Assembly (NCBI GenBank): GCA_963695555.1
Contig: CAVOGR010000005.1
Coordinates: 160,001 to 224,000, forward strand
Length of the DNA stretch: 64,000 nucleotides
From: an uncultured Gemmatimonadales bacterium
GTDB lineage: Bacteria > Gemmatimonadota > Gemmatimonadetes > Gemmatimonadales > GWC2-71-9
Reading direction: 5' to 3'
Shown: one piece after another, positions 21,927-33,081 of the stretch
Position numbering within the stretch: the first letter of the stretch is position 1
Layout: each line of letters begins with the position of its first letter
Position numbers and translations under genes: made by a program
Notes under the pieces: model-generated
Told to the model about the DNA's origin: nothing
Database searches by the model: none
Seen by the model: only the letters and a program-made list of their open reading frames with translations

Positions 21927-22220
21927 GATGTAGGGTGTAGTAGGTAGGGGGTGAGGGGTGAGGGGTGAGGAGTGAGGGAGGAGTGAGGAGTGAGGAGTAA
22001 GGAGTAAGGAGTAAGGAGTAAGGAGGCGGAAGGACGGCTCGCAAGCGTCGCGCAGCGACGCCGTGCCAAGCAGCGGCTTCAGCCGCGATGGAGAAGCGGA
22101 AAGACGGGAAGACGGAAAGAGTGAGGAGTAAGGAGTGTCCGACTCCCTACACCTACTCCCTGAGATAGCCACTAGTCACCAGCTACTACCTACTACCTAC
22201 TACCTACTACCTACACCTAC
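21924..22220. repeat. Heptamer repeat cassette 1: G-arm, REP-like hairpins, second G-arm, C-arm
   Basis: TAGGATG/TGAGGGG/TGAGGAG/TAAGGAG x4 array from the atuA stop codon to about 22025; GAGGAGTAAGGAGT at about 22123-22136; CTACTAC/CACCTAC array to 22220. Confidence 0.9.
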
Positions 22221-22233
22221 GAACGTATCGTCA

Positions 22234-22629
22234 ATGGCGACTAAGAAACCATCTGCTAGCACTCTCGTTCAACTTCGCTACTTGGCCCATGCCCGCTCCG
22301 GCGACAAGGGCGATACCGCGAACATCGGTCTCATCGCGCTCGAGCCGAAGTTCTACCCGCTTCTGGTCAAAGAAGTTACCGTCGCACGGGTGAAGCGGCA
22401 CTTTAGGGGTATGGTGGGTGGCGTGGAGCGGTACGAACTTCCCAACCTCATGGCCTTGAATTTCCTGCTCCATGAGGCGCTCGACGGCGGTGGCACCCTC
22501 TCCCTCAAGACCGACGCCCAGGGCAAGGTCTTCTCGACCGCGCTTCTCCGCATGTCCATCCCCGTGTCGGCGAGCCTGGCGCGGCGTGTCGTGCCGGCCG
22601 CCGGCCGCTCTGCCCGGAAACACAGGTGA
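22234..22629 (+). CDS. Small AtuA C-terminal-like protein
   Basis: LAHARSGDKGDTANIG, ALNF, LDGGG, DAQGK. Confidence 0.85.
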   Translation: MATKKPSASTLVQLRYLAHARSGDKGDTANIGLIALEPKFYPLLVKEVTVARVKRHFRGMVGGVERYELPNLMALNFLLHEALDGGGTLSLKTDAQGKVFSTALLRMSIPVSASLARRVVPAAGRSARKHR

Positions 22630-22632
22630 CGC

Positions 22633-23394
22633 ATGCCATCTGATACCCTCCTTCAGCAGCTCGACAGTGGCGTGTATACCCTGACCCTGAACCGGCCGGA
22701 CAAGCGGAACGCCCTGAGCCGAGCCATGATCGATGCGCTGCACCAATCGGTGGAGCACGCCGATTTGAGCGCCGATGTCCGCGTGGTGGCGCTTCGAGGC
22801 GCCGGCAAGGACTTCTGCGCCGGACTCGACCTCAAGGAGCTGCTCGCGACCGCCGACCAGTCGCCCGACCGGAACGAAGAGGACGCGATGCATTTGGGCT
22901 CGCTCTTCATCAAGCTTCGGACTCTGCCAAAGCCGGTAATCGCGGTGACACACGGGCGCACCCTGGCTGGGGGCTGTGGGCTCGCGACAGCGTGCGATCT
23001 GGTACTCGCCTCAGAGAGCGGCACCTTCGGCTATCCGGAGATCCAGCGTGGGTTCGTGCCCGCCATGGTCATGACCATGCTCCGGCGCGCGGTCGGCGAA
23101 AAGCAGGCGTTCGACCTTGCCGCGACCGGGCGGCTGGTGAGCGCGGCGGAGGCGTACGCGATGGGCCTGGTTTCCCGGATGCTCCCCGACGAGGGGTATG
23201 AGGAGAAGACCGGCGCCATGCTCCGCACCATGGCCGCGAGCAGTGCGTCGGCCCTGGCGTTCACCAAACAGCAGCTCTACGCGCTGGACGGTCTCTCCTT
23301 TGCGGACGGGGTCGCCCTCGGCGCGAGGATCAACGCGCTTGCCCGGAACACACCGGACTTCCGCCGCGCGATCGAGGGATTCCTCAGGTCATGA
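22633..23394 (+). CDS. Enoyl-CoA hydratase/isomerase (methylglutaconyl-CoA hydratase-like)
   Basis: LNRPDKRNAL, FCAGLDL, AGGCGLATACD, FGYPE. Confidence 0.88.
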   Translation: MPSDTLLQQLDSGVYTLTLNRPDKRNALSRAMIDALHQSVEHADLSADVRVVALRGAGKDFCAGLDLKELLATADQSPDRNEEDAMHLGSLFIKLRTLPKPVIAVTHGRTLAGGCGLATACDLVLASESGTFGYPEIQRGFVPAMVMTMLRRAVGEKQAFDLAATGRLVSAAEAYAMGLVSRMLPDEGYEEKTGAMLRTMAASSASALAFTKQQLYALDGLSFADGVALGARINALARNTPDFRRAIEGFLRS

Positions 23395-23567
23395 CGCGGG
23401 CCAAGTACGGGCTCTCGATGGCGGGGATGGCGCTTGCCGTCGTGGGTGTTGCCACGGAAAACCGGTACGTGATTTGGGCCGCGATGGTCGTTCTCGGGCT
23501 CGCCGTCGTGGCCCGGATTGTCATGCGCCGTTGGCACGGCGCCGACGAGTCCGAGCCGGCCGACTAG
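23391..23567 (+). CDS. 58-aa two-helix membrane protein (below the ORF-track cutoff)
   Basis: ATGA overlap with the crotonase stop; MTRAKYGLSMAGMALAVVGVATENRYVIWAAMVVLGLAVVARIVMRRWHGADESEPAD. Confidence 0.6.
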   Translation: MTRAKYGLSMAGMALAVVGVATENRYVIWAAMVVLGLAVVARIVMRRWHGADESEPAD

Positions 23568-23609
23568 CCGGCATCCCACCACTCAGCCGCTCACGAGGGA
23601 CTTGTCGCC

Positions 23610-24169
23610 GTGCAGCGTTGGCTCGCCGTCGCCAGAACCATCGACCGCCTGACCGACAAGATCGGCACGATGGTGTCGTGGCTGGTGGTGCTCATGGTGC
23701 TGATCGGCGCCTACAACGCCGTCGCCCGCTACCTCGGCCGGTTCCTCGGCGCCAATCTGAGCTCCAACCTCTACCTCGAACTCCAGTGGTACCTGTTCAG
23801 CGTGCTGTTCCTGCTTGGGGCGGCCTACGCCCTGAAACAGGACGCCCACGTCCGGGTCGATGTCCTGTTGAGCCGGCTCTCGGCCAAGTGGCGTGCGTGG
23901 ATCAACATCCTGGGCACGGTCCTGTTCCTCATCCCGTTTACGGCATTCGCCATCTACCTGACCTGGCCCGCCGTGCGGAATTCCTGGGCGGTGCACGAGG
24001 CATCGCCCGATCCCGGCGGCCTGCCGCGCTATCCATTCAAGGCAGTCATTCTGCTGGGCCTCGCCTTGCTGCTGCTCCAGGGGGTGGCCGAGCTGATCAA
24101 GGAGATTGCCACGCTGCGCGGAGCCATGGGAGAGGCACCGCACCGGCCTCCGACCCATGAGGGTGTGGC

Positions 24170-24173
<4 letters not shown>
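23610..24173 (+). CDS. TRAP transporter small permease (DctQ family)
   Basis: [24 protein letters not shown]. Confidence 0.9.
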
Positions 24174-25488
<1,315 letters not shown>

Positions 25489-25491
<3 letters not shown>

Positions 25492-25540
25492 GGGAGTAGG
25501 GAGTAGGGAGTAGGACGGACGGAGTGAGGAGTGGGGGACG
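25489..25540. repeat. Heptamer array 2 (TAGGGAG) starting at the dctM stop
   Basis: TAA-GGGAG-TAGGGAG-TAGGGAG-TAGGACG...TGAGGAG. Confidence 0.8.
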
Positions 25541-25567
25541 GGAGAAGGCTCATGCGTCACGGCCCCC

Positions 25568-25720
25568 GTCGCTTTAGCGACAGCAGCCGAGTCGCGGCTT
25601 CAGCCGCGGACCCGCGGGGACGGCGGCCCACGAGACAATGTGAGGAGATCCCTCGCTGCGCTCGGGATGACATTCCAGTCGAAAAGGCTGGAAGACGGGA
25701 CGAGAGGAAGAAACGGGACA
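25568..25720. repeat. Cluster of REP-like palindromes
   Basis: GTCGCT-TT-AGCGAC; CGCGGCT-TC-AGCCGCG (core also at 22073-22086); GAGATCCCTCGCTGCGCTCGGGATGACA at 25645-25672; GAAGACGGGA. Confidence 0.65.
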
Positions 25721-25822
25721 GCATGAATGCCCGGTGACGTCGGCGGTTCGGCGGTTCGATCAAAGAGCCTTCGAGCCGCCGATTCGCCCATCCGCCGAGC
25801 AGTTAGCCGATAGCCAACGGCA

Positions 25823-26944
25823 CTACCCCTTCCCGCGACCCCCAAACGCGAACCCCGCATACGCCTGTTCCGCCGTCCCGAACCACTGGAATACCGCCTC
25901 ACGGAATTCCTTCCACTGGGTATACACCCGTCGATAGGTTGCGTCTTGTGCCGCGTGTTCCTCCATGATCTCGACCGCGATTCGCTGGGCGGCGGCCATG
26001 ATGTCGTCGGAGAACGGCCGTAGCTCGACCCCCTCCGCGATGAGGCGCCGCAATGCCGCCGGGTTCTCGGCGTCGTACCGTGCCTGCATGAACTGGGCGG
26101 CCACGACGGATGCGGCGCGGAACGCGTCCTTGTACTCCGACGGCAAGCGGTTCCAGGCATCTTTGTTGACCTGGAACGACAGGGACGGACCGGGCTCCCA
26201 CCAGCCAGGGTAGTAGTAGTACCGGGCCGCCTTGTGGAATCCCAATTTCTCGTCGTCGTACGGGCCCACCCACTCGGTCGCGTCGATGGCTCCGCGCTCG
26301 AGCGCGGGATAGATGTCGCCGCCGGCCAGCACCTGCACCGTAACACCCAGCCGGTCCATCACGGCGCCGCCCAACCCGGGGATCCTCATCTTGAGCCCGC
26401 GGAGGTCGCCCGAGGTGTGGATCTCCCGTTTGAACCACCCGCCCATCTGGGTGCCGGTGTTGCCGCCCGGAAACTGAATGATGTTGAAGTCGGCGTAGAC
26501 CGACTGCATCAGCTCGAGCCCGCCGCCCTGCTCGAGCCACGCCGTCTGCTGTCGGGAGGTGAAGCCGAACGGCACCCCGACGTCGAACGCGAGGGCAGGG
26601 CTCTTGCCCACGAAATAGTAGCTCGCGGTGTGTGACGCCTGGACGGTGCCCTGCTGCACCGCATCCATGACCTGGAGCCCCGGCACGATCTCGCCGGCCG
26701 GATGGACCCGGATGCGAAACCTTCCCTCGGTCAGGGTGTCGAGCGTCTCCGCCAGGACCTCGGCCGCGCCGTAGATCGCGTCGAGACCGCGCGGGAAGCT
26801 CGACGTCAGGCGCCAGTTGACCGTGGGGCGGGTCTGAACGGCGGGCCCGCCGCTCGATTCGGCTCCCGGCCCGCAGCCGGACAACACGGTTGCGGCGGCC
26901 GCACCGGCCACGGATTTGTGGAGGAAGTCGCGCCGATTGACCAT
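25823..26944 (-). CDS. TRAP substrate-binding protein (DctP/TakP-like) with Tat signal
   Basis: NRRDFL Tat motif, GNTGTQMGGWF, LKMRIPGLGG, EWVGPYDDEKLG, YYYPGWWEPG. Confidence 0.92.
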   Translation of the reverse strand: MVNRRDFLHKSVAGAAAATVLSGCGPGAESSGGPAVQTRPTVNWRLTSSFPRGLDAIYGAAEVLAETLDTLTEGRFRIRVHPAGEIVPGLQVMDAVQQGTVQASHTASYYFVGKSPALAFDVGVPFGFTSRQQTAWLEQGGGLELMQSVYADFNIIQFPGGNTGTQMGGWFKREIHTSGDLRGLKMRIPGLGGAVMDRLGVTVQVLAGGDIYPALERGAIDATEWVGPYDDEKLGFHKAARYYYYPGWWEPGPSLSFQVNKDAWNRLPSEYKDAFRAASVVAAQFMQARYDAENPAALRRLIAEGVELRPFSDDIMAAAQRIAVEIMEEHAAQDATYRRVYTQWKEFREAVFQWFGTAEQAYAGFAFGGRGKG

Positions 26945-27151
26945 GGGCGACTTGGGGTCGACGGGCGGGGGCCGAGTTGGTGGTCTCATCTGTCGAATAT
27001 AGGGCGCACGTGGGTCGGTCTCCAGCAGTGGACGGGAGGACCGCTTCGGCGTTGCGCGCTGGCACGGGGGGTCGTCGCTGAGAGGGGAGAGGTCCCCAGC
27101 AACCTGGGTGCTCCTCTGGCCGGTCCGAGCCGACCGCCAATGCGTGCTGCT

Positions 27152-27179
27152 TTGATGCTGGAATCCCTACCAATAGATT
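27152..27179 (+). promoter_or_regulatory. Putative sigma70 promoter for korAB
   Basis: TTGATG-N16-TAGATT. Confidence 0.4.
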
Positions 27180-27282
27180 AGGATATAAGCCTCCTGCTGC
27201 CGCCGGTTAGGAAACCGGGGTATTGTTGCCGGAGCGCTGCGCCGCTGAGGCGGCTGATCACGACCCCACGACGGATTCCAGC

Positions 27283-29139
27283 ATGACGGCACCACCCAAC
27301 GCTCCCGAACGTACCACCCAGGAAGAGATCGTCATCCGGTTCGCGGGAGACTCGGGCGACGGGATGCAGCTGACCGGCACCCAGTTCATGCTCGAGACAG
27401 CCCTGGTCGGCAACGATCTCATCACCTTTCCCGACTATCCGGCGGAAATCCGCGCGCCGGCCGGCACGACGTTCGGCGTTTCGGCGTTCCAAATTCATTT
27501 CGGGGCGCACGACGTGCGGACGGTGGGTGACGAGCTGAACGTGCTGGTAGCCATGAACCCCGCCGCCCTCATAGTGAATTTGAAAGACCTGGGCACTGGC
27601 GGCCTCGTCGTGGTGGACACAGCGGCGTTCACCGAGCGGAACCTGTCCAAGGCGGGCTATAAGGCCAACCCGCTCGAGGACGACACGCTCGCCCCCTACC
27701 AAGTGTTGAAGCTGGACATCGCGCGGCACACCGTCGAGGCGGTGAAGGAGTTCGGTGTCTCGTCGAAGGAGGGCCTGCGGTCCCGGAATATGTGGACCCT
27801 CGGGCTCATGCTTTGGATCTTCGGCCGCAACCGAAACGCCACCATTGAGTGGCTCCAGAAGAAATTCTCCAAGCGTCCCGAGATCGCCCGGGCCAACATC
27901 GCCGCCCTGAACGCGGGGCATGCCTTCGGCGAGACCGCCGAGATGCCCAGCTTCGTCCACGGGCGGATCGTGAACCGGGCCGACTTGGAGCCCGGACTCT
28001 ACCGCACCGTCACCGGGAACGAGGCGGTCGCCTGGGGGCTCGTGGTCGGCGCCCAATCGGCGGGGCTTCGGATCATGCTGGGCTCCTATCCGATCACGCC
28101 GGCCTCGCCGTTGCTGCACACGCTGGCCGGCCTGAAGCAGTACGGCGTGATTACCTTCCAGGCCGAAGACGAGATCGCCGCCATCTGTTCCGCTATTGGC
28201 GCCTCCTACGCCGGCGCACTCGGCGTGACGTCGAGTTCCGGCCCTGGCATCGCGCTCAAGACCGAAGCGCTCGGCTTGGCGGTCAGCGTCGAGCTGCCGC
28301 TCGTGGTAGTGAACTCGCAACGGGCCGGCCCCTCGACCGGAATGCCGACCAAGACCGAACAGTCGGATCTGTTTCAGGCCGTGTACGGCCGGAATGGCGA
28401 CGCGCCGATTCCGGTGATTGCCGCAGCCACGCCGACCGATGGGTTCGATGTTGCGGTCGAGGCCGTCCGGATCGCCACCAAGTACATGACCCCGGTCATT
28501 TTGCTTACCGACGGCTACCTGACCAACGCCGCCGAGCCGTGGCGCGTGCCGGACATCGACGCTGTACCCGAGTTTCCAGTCAACTTCCGAACCGAGTCTG
28601 AGGGCTTCCAACCATTCGCCCGTAACTCGGAGACGTTGGCGCGGGCATGGGCCATTCCCGGAACACCGGGGCTCGAGCATCGGATCGGCGGTCTCGAGAA
28701 GGACTACTCGACGGGACATATTTCCTATGATGCGGACAACCACCAGCGCATGACCGACGCGCGGGCGCAGCGTATCGCCGGCATCGCGGAGGACATCCCG
28801 CTGCAGCGGGTCGAGCAGGGCCCCGAACGCGGCAAACTCCTGGTGGTGGGGTGGGGCTCGACCTACGGGCCCATCTATCAAGCCGTCGCAGAGACGAGGG
28901 CCGCGGGATACGACGTCTCACAGATTCACCTCCGCTACCTCAATCCGTTCCCACGGAATCTCGGGGCCCTGTTGGGGCAATTCGAACGCATCCTGGTGCC
29001 CGAAATGAATGCGGGCCAGCTGGTGACCATGCTCCGCAGCAAGTTCCTGGTGCCGGCCGAGGGGCTCAACAAGGTGGAAGGCAAGCCGTTCAAGATCGCC
29101 GAAATCGCCGATGCCATCCGCGATCGGCTGGAGAATTGA
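27283..29139 (+). CDS. korA: 2-oxoacid:ferredoxin oxidoreductase alpha subunit
   Basis: FAGDSGDG, YPAEIR, YPITP, QAEDE, QRAGPSTG, GWGST. Confidence 0.92.
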   Translation: MTAPPNAPERTTQEEIVIRFAGDSGDGMQLTGTQFMLETALVGNDLITFPDYPAEIRAPAGTTFGVSAFQIHFGAHDVRTVGDELNVLVAMNPAALIVNLKDLGTGGLVVVDTAAFTERNLSKAGYKANPLEDDTLAPYQVLKLDIARHTVEAVKEFGVSSKEGLRSRNMWTLGLMLWIFGRNRNATIEWLQKKFSKRPEIARANIAALNAGHAFGETAEMPSFVHGRIVNRADLEPGLYRTVTGNEAVAWGLVVGAQSAGLRIMLGSYPITPASPLLHTLAGLKQYGVITFQAEDEIAAICSAIGASYAGALGVTSSSGPGIALKTEALGLAVSVELPLVVVNSQRAGPSTGMPTKTEQSDLFQAVYGRNGDAPIPVIAAATPTDGFDVAVEAVRIATKYMTPVILLTDGYLTNAAEPWRVPDIDAVPEFPVNFRTESEGFQPFARNSETLARAWAIPGTPGLEHRIGGLEKDYSTGHISYDADNHQRMTDARAQRIAGIAEDIPLQRVEQGPERGKLLVVGWGSTYGPIYQAVAETRAAGYDVSQIHLRYLNPFPRNLGALLGQFERILVPEMNAGQLVTMLRSKFLVPAEGLNKVEGKPFKIAEIADAIRDRLEN

Positions 29140-29140
29140 T

Positions 29141-30166
29141 ATGACCGCCACGACCACGCCCGTGCCGCTTCAGCCCAAGGACTTCGCGACCGACCAGGAG
29201 GTCCGGTGGTGTCCGGGCTGTGGGGACTACGCCATCCTCAAGGCGGTACAGAAGACGCTGGCGGAAATCGGGGCCAAGCCCGAGCAGTCGGTATTCGTTT
29301 CCGGGATCGGCTGTGCCGCTCGGTTCCCCTACTACATGTCGACCTATGGCTTCCACACGATTCATGGCCGAGCGCCGGCCATCGCGACCGGGGTCAAGCT
29401 GGCGAATCCGGAGCTCGATGTGTGGGTCATGACCGGCGACGGTGATGGGCTGAGCATCGGCGGCAATCACATGCTTCATGTGCTGCGCCGGAACGTCGAT
29501 CTGCAGATCATCTTGTTCAACAACGAGGTCTACGGTCTCACCAAGGGCCAGGCATCGCCCACGTCGCCCAAAGGCCAGCGAACGCCGTCAACGCCGCAGG
29601 GCTCGGTGGACAACCCGGTCCTGCCGGCCGCCTTCGCGCTGGGCGCAGGCGGACGCTTCGTCGCCCGGGCAATCGACACACGGCAGAAGGAGCTGGTGGA
29701 GGTCCTGAAGCGGGCGCACGCACACCACGGGGCGTCGTTTGTCGAGATCTTCCAGAATTGCATCGTGTTCAATGACGGAGCATTCGACGATTTCACCGAG
29801 AAGACGGTGGCCCTGGACACCCAGCTCTACGTGGAGCATGGTAAGCCTCTTCTGTTCGGGCCTGACAACGCCCAAGGCCTTCGGCTCATACCCGGCGCGC
29901 TCGAACTCGAGGTCGTGACCGTCGGTGAGAACGGCGTGACCGAATCCGACGTGCTGGTTCACGATGAGCACAACCGAGCTCTTGCGGCACTCCTCGCCGG
30001 CTTGGCACCGCCCGATTTCCCCATGGTGCTGGGCGTGCTCTATCACGATCCGGCGCCATCCTATGAGCGGGCTGTGCACGCGCAGGTGGCCGCGGTCCAG
30101 GCGCAGCACCAGAACGGCAACCTGAACGCTCTACTCCGGGCGGGACGGACCTGGACGGTCGAGTAG
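29141..30166 (+). CDS. korB: 2-oxoacid:ferredoxin oxidoreductase beta subunit
   Basis: WCPGCGD, SGIGC, HGRA, GDGD...NN TPP motif, YGLTKGQ. Confidence 0.92.
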   Translation: MTATTTPVPLQPKDFATDQEVRWCPGCGDYAILKAVQKTLAEIGAKPEQSVFVSGIGCAARFPYYMSTYGFHTIHGRAPAIATGVKLANPELDVWVMTGDGDGLSIGGNHMLHVLRRNVDLQIILFNNEVYGLTKGQASPTSPKGQRTPSTPQGSVDNPVLPAAFALGAGGRFVARAIDTRQKELVEVLKRAHAHHGASFVEIFQNCIVFNDGAFDDFTEKTVALDTQLYVEHGKPLLFGPDNAQGLRLIPGALELEVVTVGENGVTESDVLVHDEHNRALAALLAGLAPPDFPMVLGVLYHDPAPSYERAVHAQVAAVQAQHQNGNLNALLRAGRTWTVE

Positions 30167-30264
30167 CCGTTCGACCGATGGAACGGCCCCGGTCGGCTGC
30201 GGCATCCTGAACTTTCCGATTCTGCTGTTCACCCTGGAGCCTCCACAGCGCTAGGTTTCCTGGC

Positions 30265-31245
30265 GTGTGGGGCTTCCTTGCAGTCGCTCTCCTCCTAGCA
30301 GTGGCCGGCGCGGTCTGGTACATGACCGCTATGCCGGGCCGGTCGCATCGCGGCTCCTTGCCGGACTTGACGGATGTCCAACGCGCGATGTCGCAGACGC
30401 TGGCTCGGCATGTGGGCATGCTGGCCAGGGACATCGGCGACCGGAACGTGTGGCGTCTAAGCCGACTGGCCCTCGCGGCCCGCCATATCGGCGACTCGGT
30501 GAGCGAACTGGGATACACGCCGCAGCGCCAGCGCTACGAGACGATGGGAATCCCGGTCGAGAACCTCGAGATCGAGATTCCCGGGACCTCGAAGCCCGGG
30601 GAAATCGTCGTGGTGGGTGCCCATTACGATTCGGTCCGCGGCTGCCCTGGTGCCAACGACAATGCGTCCGGGGTTGCCGCCCTGCTCGAGCTGGCCCGTG
30701 CGCTCAAAGACTTCCAGCCGGCCCGGACGCTCCGTTTCGTGGCGTTCGTGAACGAGGAGCCGCCGTTCTGCTTCACGCGGGAGATGGGGAGCGATCAATA
30801 CGCGGCCCGCTCCCAGGCCCGCGGCGAGCGGGTGGTTGCCATGCTCTCGCTCGAGACCATCGGGTACTACTCGGCGGCGAAGGGAAGCCAGCGCTACCCC
30901 ATGCCGTTCGATCTGTTCTACCCCTCAGCTGGCGATTTCATTGCCGTGGTCGGCAATCTGCGCTCGCGCGGGCTGGTGCGGCGCTCGGTCGGGACTTTTC
31001 GGCAGGCCGTGAGGTTCCCGTGCGAGGGAGTGGCTGCGCCAGGGTACCTGCCCGGTATCTTCTGGTCCGACCAGTGGGCCTTTTGGCGCCGTGGGTATCG
31101 GGCCGTGATGGTGACCGATACGGCACCGTTTCGGTATCCCTACTATCACACCGAGGAGGATACCGTGGAGAAGATCGACTACGACCGGCTGGCGCGGGTG
31201 GTGACTGGGCTCGAAGCCATCGTCCGAGACCTGGCAAGTGCCTGA
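30265..31245 (+). CDS. M28 family metallopeptidase
   Basis: GAHYDS, GANDNASG, NEEPP, SDQ, YYHTEED. Confidence 0.88.
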   Translation: MWGFLAVALLLAVAGAVWYMTAMPGRSHRGSLPDLTDVQRAMSQTLARHVGMLARDIGDRNVWRLSRLALAARHIGDSVSELGYTPQRQRYETMGIPVENLEIEIPGTSKPGEIVVVGAHYDSVRGCPGANDNASGVAALLELARALKDFQPARTLRFVAFVNEEPPFCFTREMGSDQYAARSQARGERVVAMLSLETIGYYSAAKGSQRYPMPFDLFYPSAGDFIAVVGNLRSRGLVRRSVGTFRQAVRFPCEGVAAPGYLPGIFWSDQWAFWRRGYRAVMVTDTAPFRYPYYHTEEDTVEKIDYDRLARVVTGLEAIVRDLASA

Positions 31246-31837
31246 CGCCTCGCGGAGCGACGCGGCTCCGTGGCGCGGCCCGCTGGCCCAAGCCCGCCGC
31301 GCCCATGACCGGGCCGGGCTCGAAGACTACATCCAACTCGCGACCATCCGGGCGGACGGGACACCGGCCAACCGCACCGTCGTGTTTCGCGGCTTCTTGG
31401 AGCAGCCCGATCGGCTGCTCTGCTCAACCGATGCCCGAAGCGCCAAGGTAGCGGAGCTGCACCTGAACTCGGCTGTCGAGTTGTGCTGGTACTTCCCGCG
31501 GAGCCGGGAGCAGTTTCGCCTGCGCGGCACGACGAACCTGATCGAGGCCGGACATCCCGACGCCGAGCTGTTGGTGGCCCGGGACACCGTGTGGCTGGGC
31601 TTGGCGGGATCGACCCGGGTCCAGTTTGCCTGGCCCGAACCTGGAGCGGGTCGGGCCGATCCAGCCCAATTCGATATCCCGGCCCCGGCCAAAGCCTCCC
31701 CGCCGGCCGTGTTTTGCCTGATCGTGATAGAGCCGGAGCAGGTTGACTATCTCCAGCTCCGGCCCTTTCCGCACGAACGGCACGTCTATGTGAGAGATGG
31801 TGGCGGGACCTGGTCCACCTCCGCAGTCAATCCGTGA
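31238..31837 (+). CDS. Pyridoxamine 5'-phosphate oxidase-like FMN flavoprotein
   Basis: QLATI..DGTPANRTVVFRGF, TDARSAK, CWYF..SREQFRLRG. Confidence 0.85.
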   Translation: MPDASRSDAAPWRGPLAQARRAHDRAGLEDYIQLATIRADGTPANRTVVFRGFLEQPDRLLCSTDARSAKVAELHLNSAVELCWYFPRSREQFRLRGTTNLIEAGHPDAELLVARDTVWLGLAGSTRVQFAWPEPGAGRADPAQFDIPAPAKASPPAVFCLIVIEPEQVDYLQLRPFPHERHVYVRDGGGTWSTSAVNP

Positions 31838-31866
31838 GCCGGCGAAGAGCCGCCGGCGGGGCGCCC

Positions 31867-32412
31867 TCAGGTTCTTCGTTCGACCACGATCTGCTCGACC
31901 ACCCAGGCCCCGTTCGGCCGTCTGAGCGTCACCACATAGCCCCGCTCCGCGACGGGGGCGCGGGCCTGGCCGGTATTGAACCACAGGTTGACGTGCACCG
32001 TCGCAACATCGTTGCTCACAGTAGGTTCGCTCACCGCCACCACGACCCCCGCGCCAGTCAGCCGGCACGATTCCGGCTGGTTTGGCAGGCATCGTCGAAT
32101 CTGATCCAGGCTTCCTGTTACACCACGGATTCGGGTCGCGAGCCTGCCGGCCATTGTCAGCGGGCGCTCTCCGTTCCAGCGATCGCAGGTACTCGCATCG
32201 GTGCACAGGATGCGCGTGTCGAGCACCGCACGTCCAGGCGGGAGACTGTCGCGGATGGCATCCAGAACTGGAACAAGCATGTCGCTCGATTCGGCGGGTT
32301 CCTGAGCCGTTATGGTAGACACCGCCCCGAGGGCACATACCAAGGAAAGGAGGAGAAATCCCAATCGCGAGCGCGAGGGCTCGAGCAGCTGCCTCACTGG
32401 GAGGCCGGTCAT
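31867..32412 (-). CDS. Hypothetical secreted Cys-containing protein
   Basis: Hydrophobic signal-like LGFLLLSLVCALGAVS; ATGA-coupled to the upstream ORF. Confidence 0.55.
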   Translation of the reverse strand: MTGLPVRQLLEPSRSRLGFLLLSLVCALGAVSTITAQEPAESSDMLVPVLDAIRDSLPPGRAVLDTRILCTDASTCDRWNGERPLTMAGRLATRIRGVTGSLDQIRRCLPNQPESCRLTGAGVVVAVSEPTVSNDVATVHVNLWFNTGQARAPVAERGYVVTLRRPNGAWVVEQIVVERRT

Positions 32413-32885
32413 CGTGTGCCGCATTGCACCTCCATCATGCTCGCGAGAAGTTCGCTGTTGGTATCGAAGGCAATGTGCGCGCCTTCGTGGGCCAGAGTTT
32501 CGCCGACCATACCCGGTGTGTTGAAGGAGCCAGCCCAGATGTGGATTTCATTGAGCGAGCTGTGGTTGTCTCCCCAATTCCCGTCATCGGTATCATACAC
32601 TTTGATGTCACTGCGCTCAACATACTCCATGAGCGTGGCCTGGATATTGGAGCAGGTCATCGCATCGATCGCACCCACAATCGCCTTCAATTCGGCCGCG
32701 GTGGGCATGCGGGGTTTGCAGGTCGGGTCGCTGACGAGATCGCACCCATAGAACTCCGCACTCTTCAGGAACGAAGGTTCGAGTTGATCGTTCGCGGGCC
32801 CGAGGTCCGTGCCGCACCCGCCGAGTGCGGCGAGCGTGAAGATGACGGCGAATGTCCATCGTCCCCGTTGTCCAACGTGTCGCAT
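32409..32885 (-). CDS. Small lipoprotein with HExxH zincin-like motif
   Basis: AAGGAG RBS, LGGC lipobox, ETLAHEGAH followed by a downstream Glu. Confidence 0.65.
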   Translation of the reverse strand: MRHVGQRGRWTFAVIFTLAALGGCGTDLGPANDQLEPSFLKSAEFYGCDLVSDPTCKPRMPTAAELKAIVGAIDAMTCSNIQATLMEYVERSDIKVYDTDDGNWGDNHSSLNEIHIWAGSFNTPGMVGETLAHEGAHIAFDTNSELLASMMEVQCGTR

Positions 32886-33081
32886 GGTGTGCTCCTTGTG
32901 AGTGAAGACGTGTATGGCAACTCCGAGGAGCACATTTGCAACCTACCCTCAACTGACCCTCAACTCTCCCGACACGCCGCCGCCTGGGGAACGCACGAGA
33001 GCGGTTATCCGGTGCGCAGGAATTGTTACCGTCTGCGCGTTTGTGATTCCCAGCTCATACGGCCGTGTGCTAGCATGCACC

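Noticed and set aside
21924..22220. Possible CRISPR array
   Set aside because: Units are 7-8-nt tandem repeats without unique 30-40-nt spacers, and there are no cas genes
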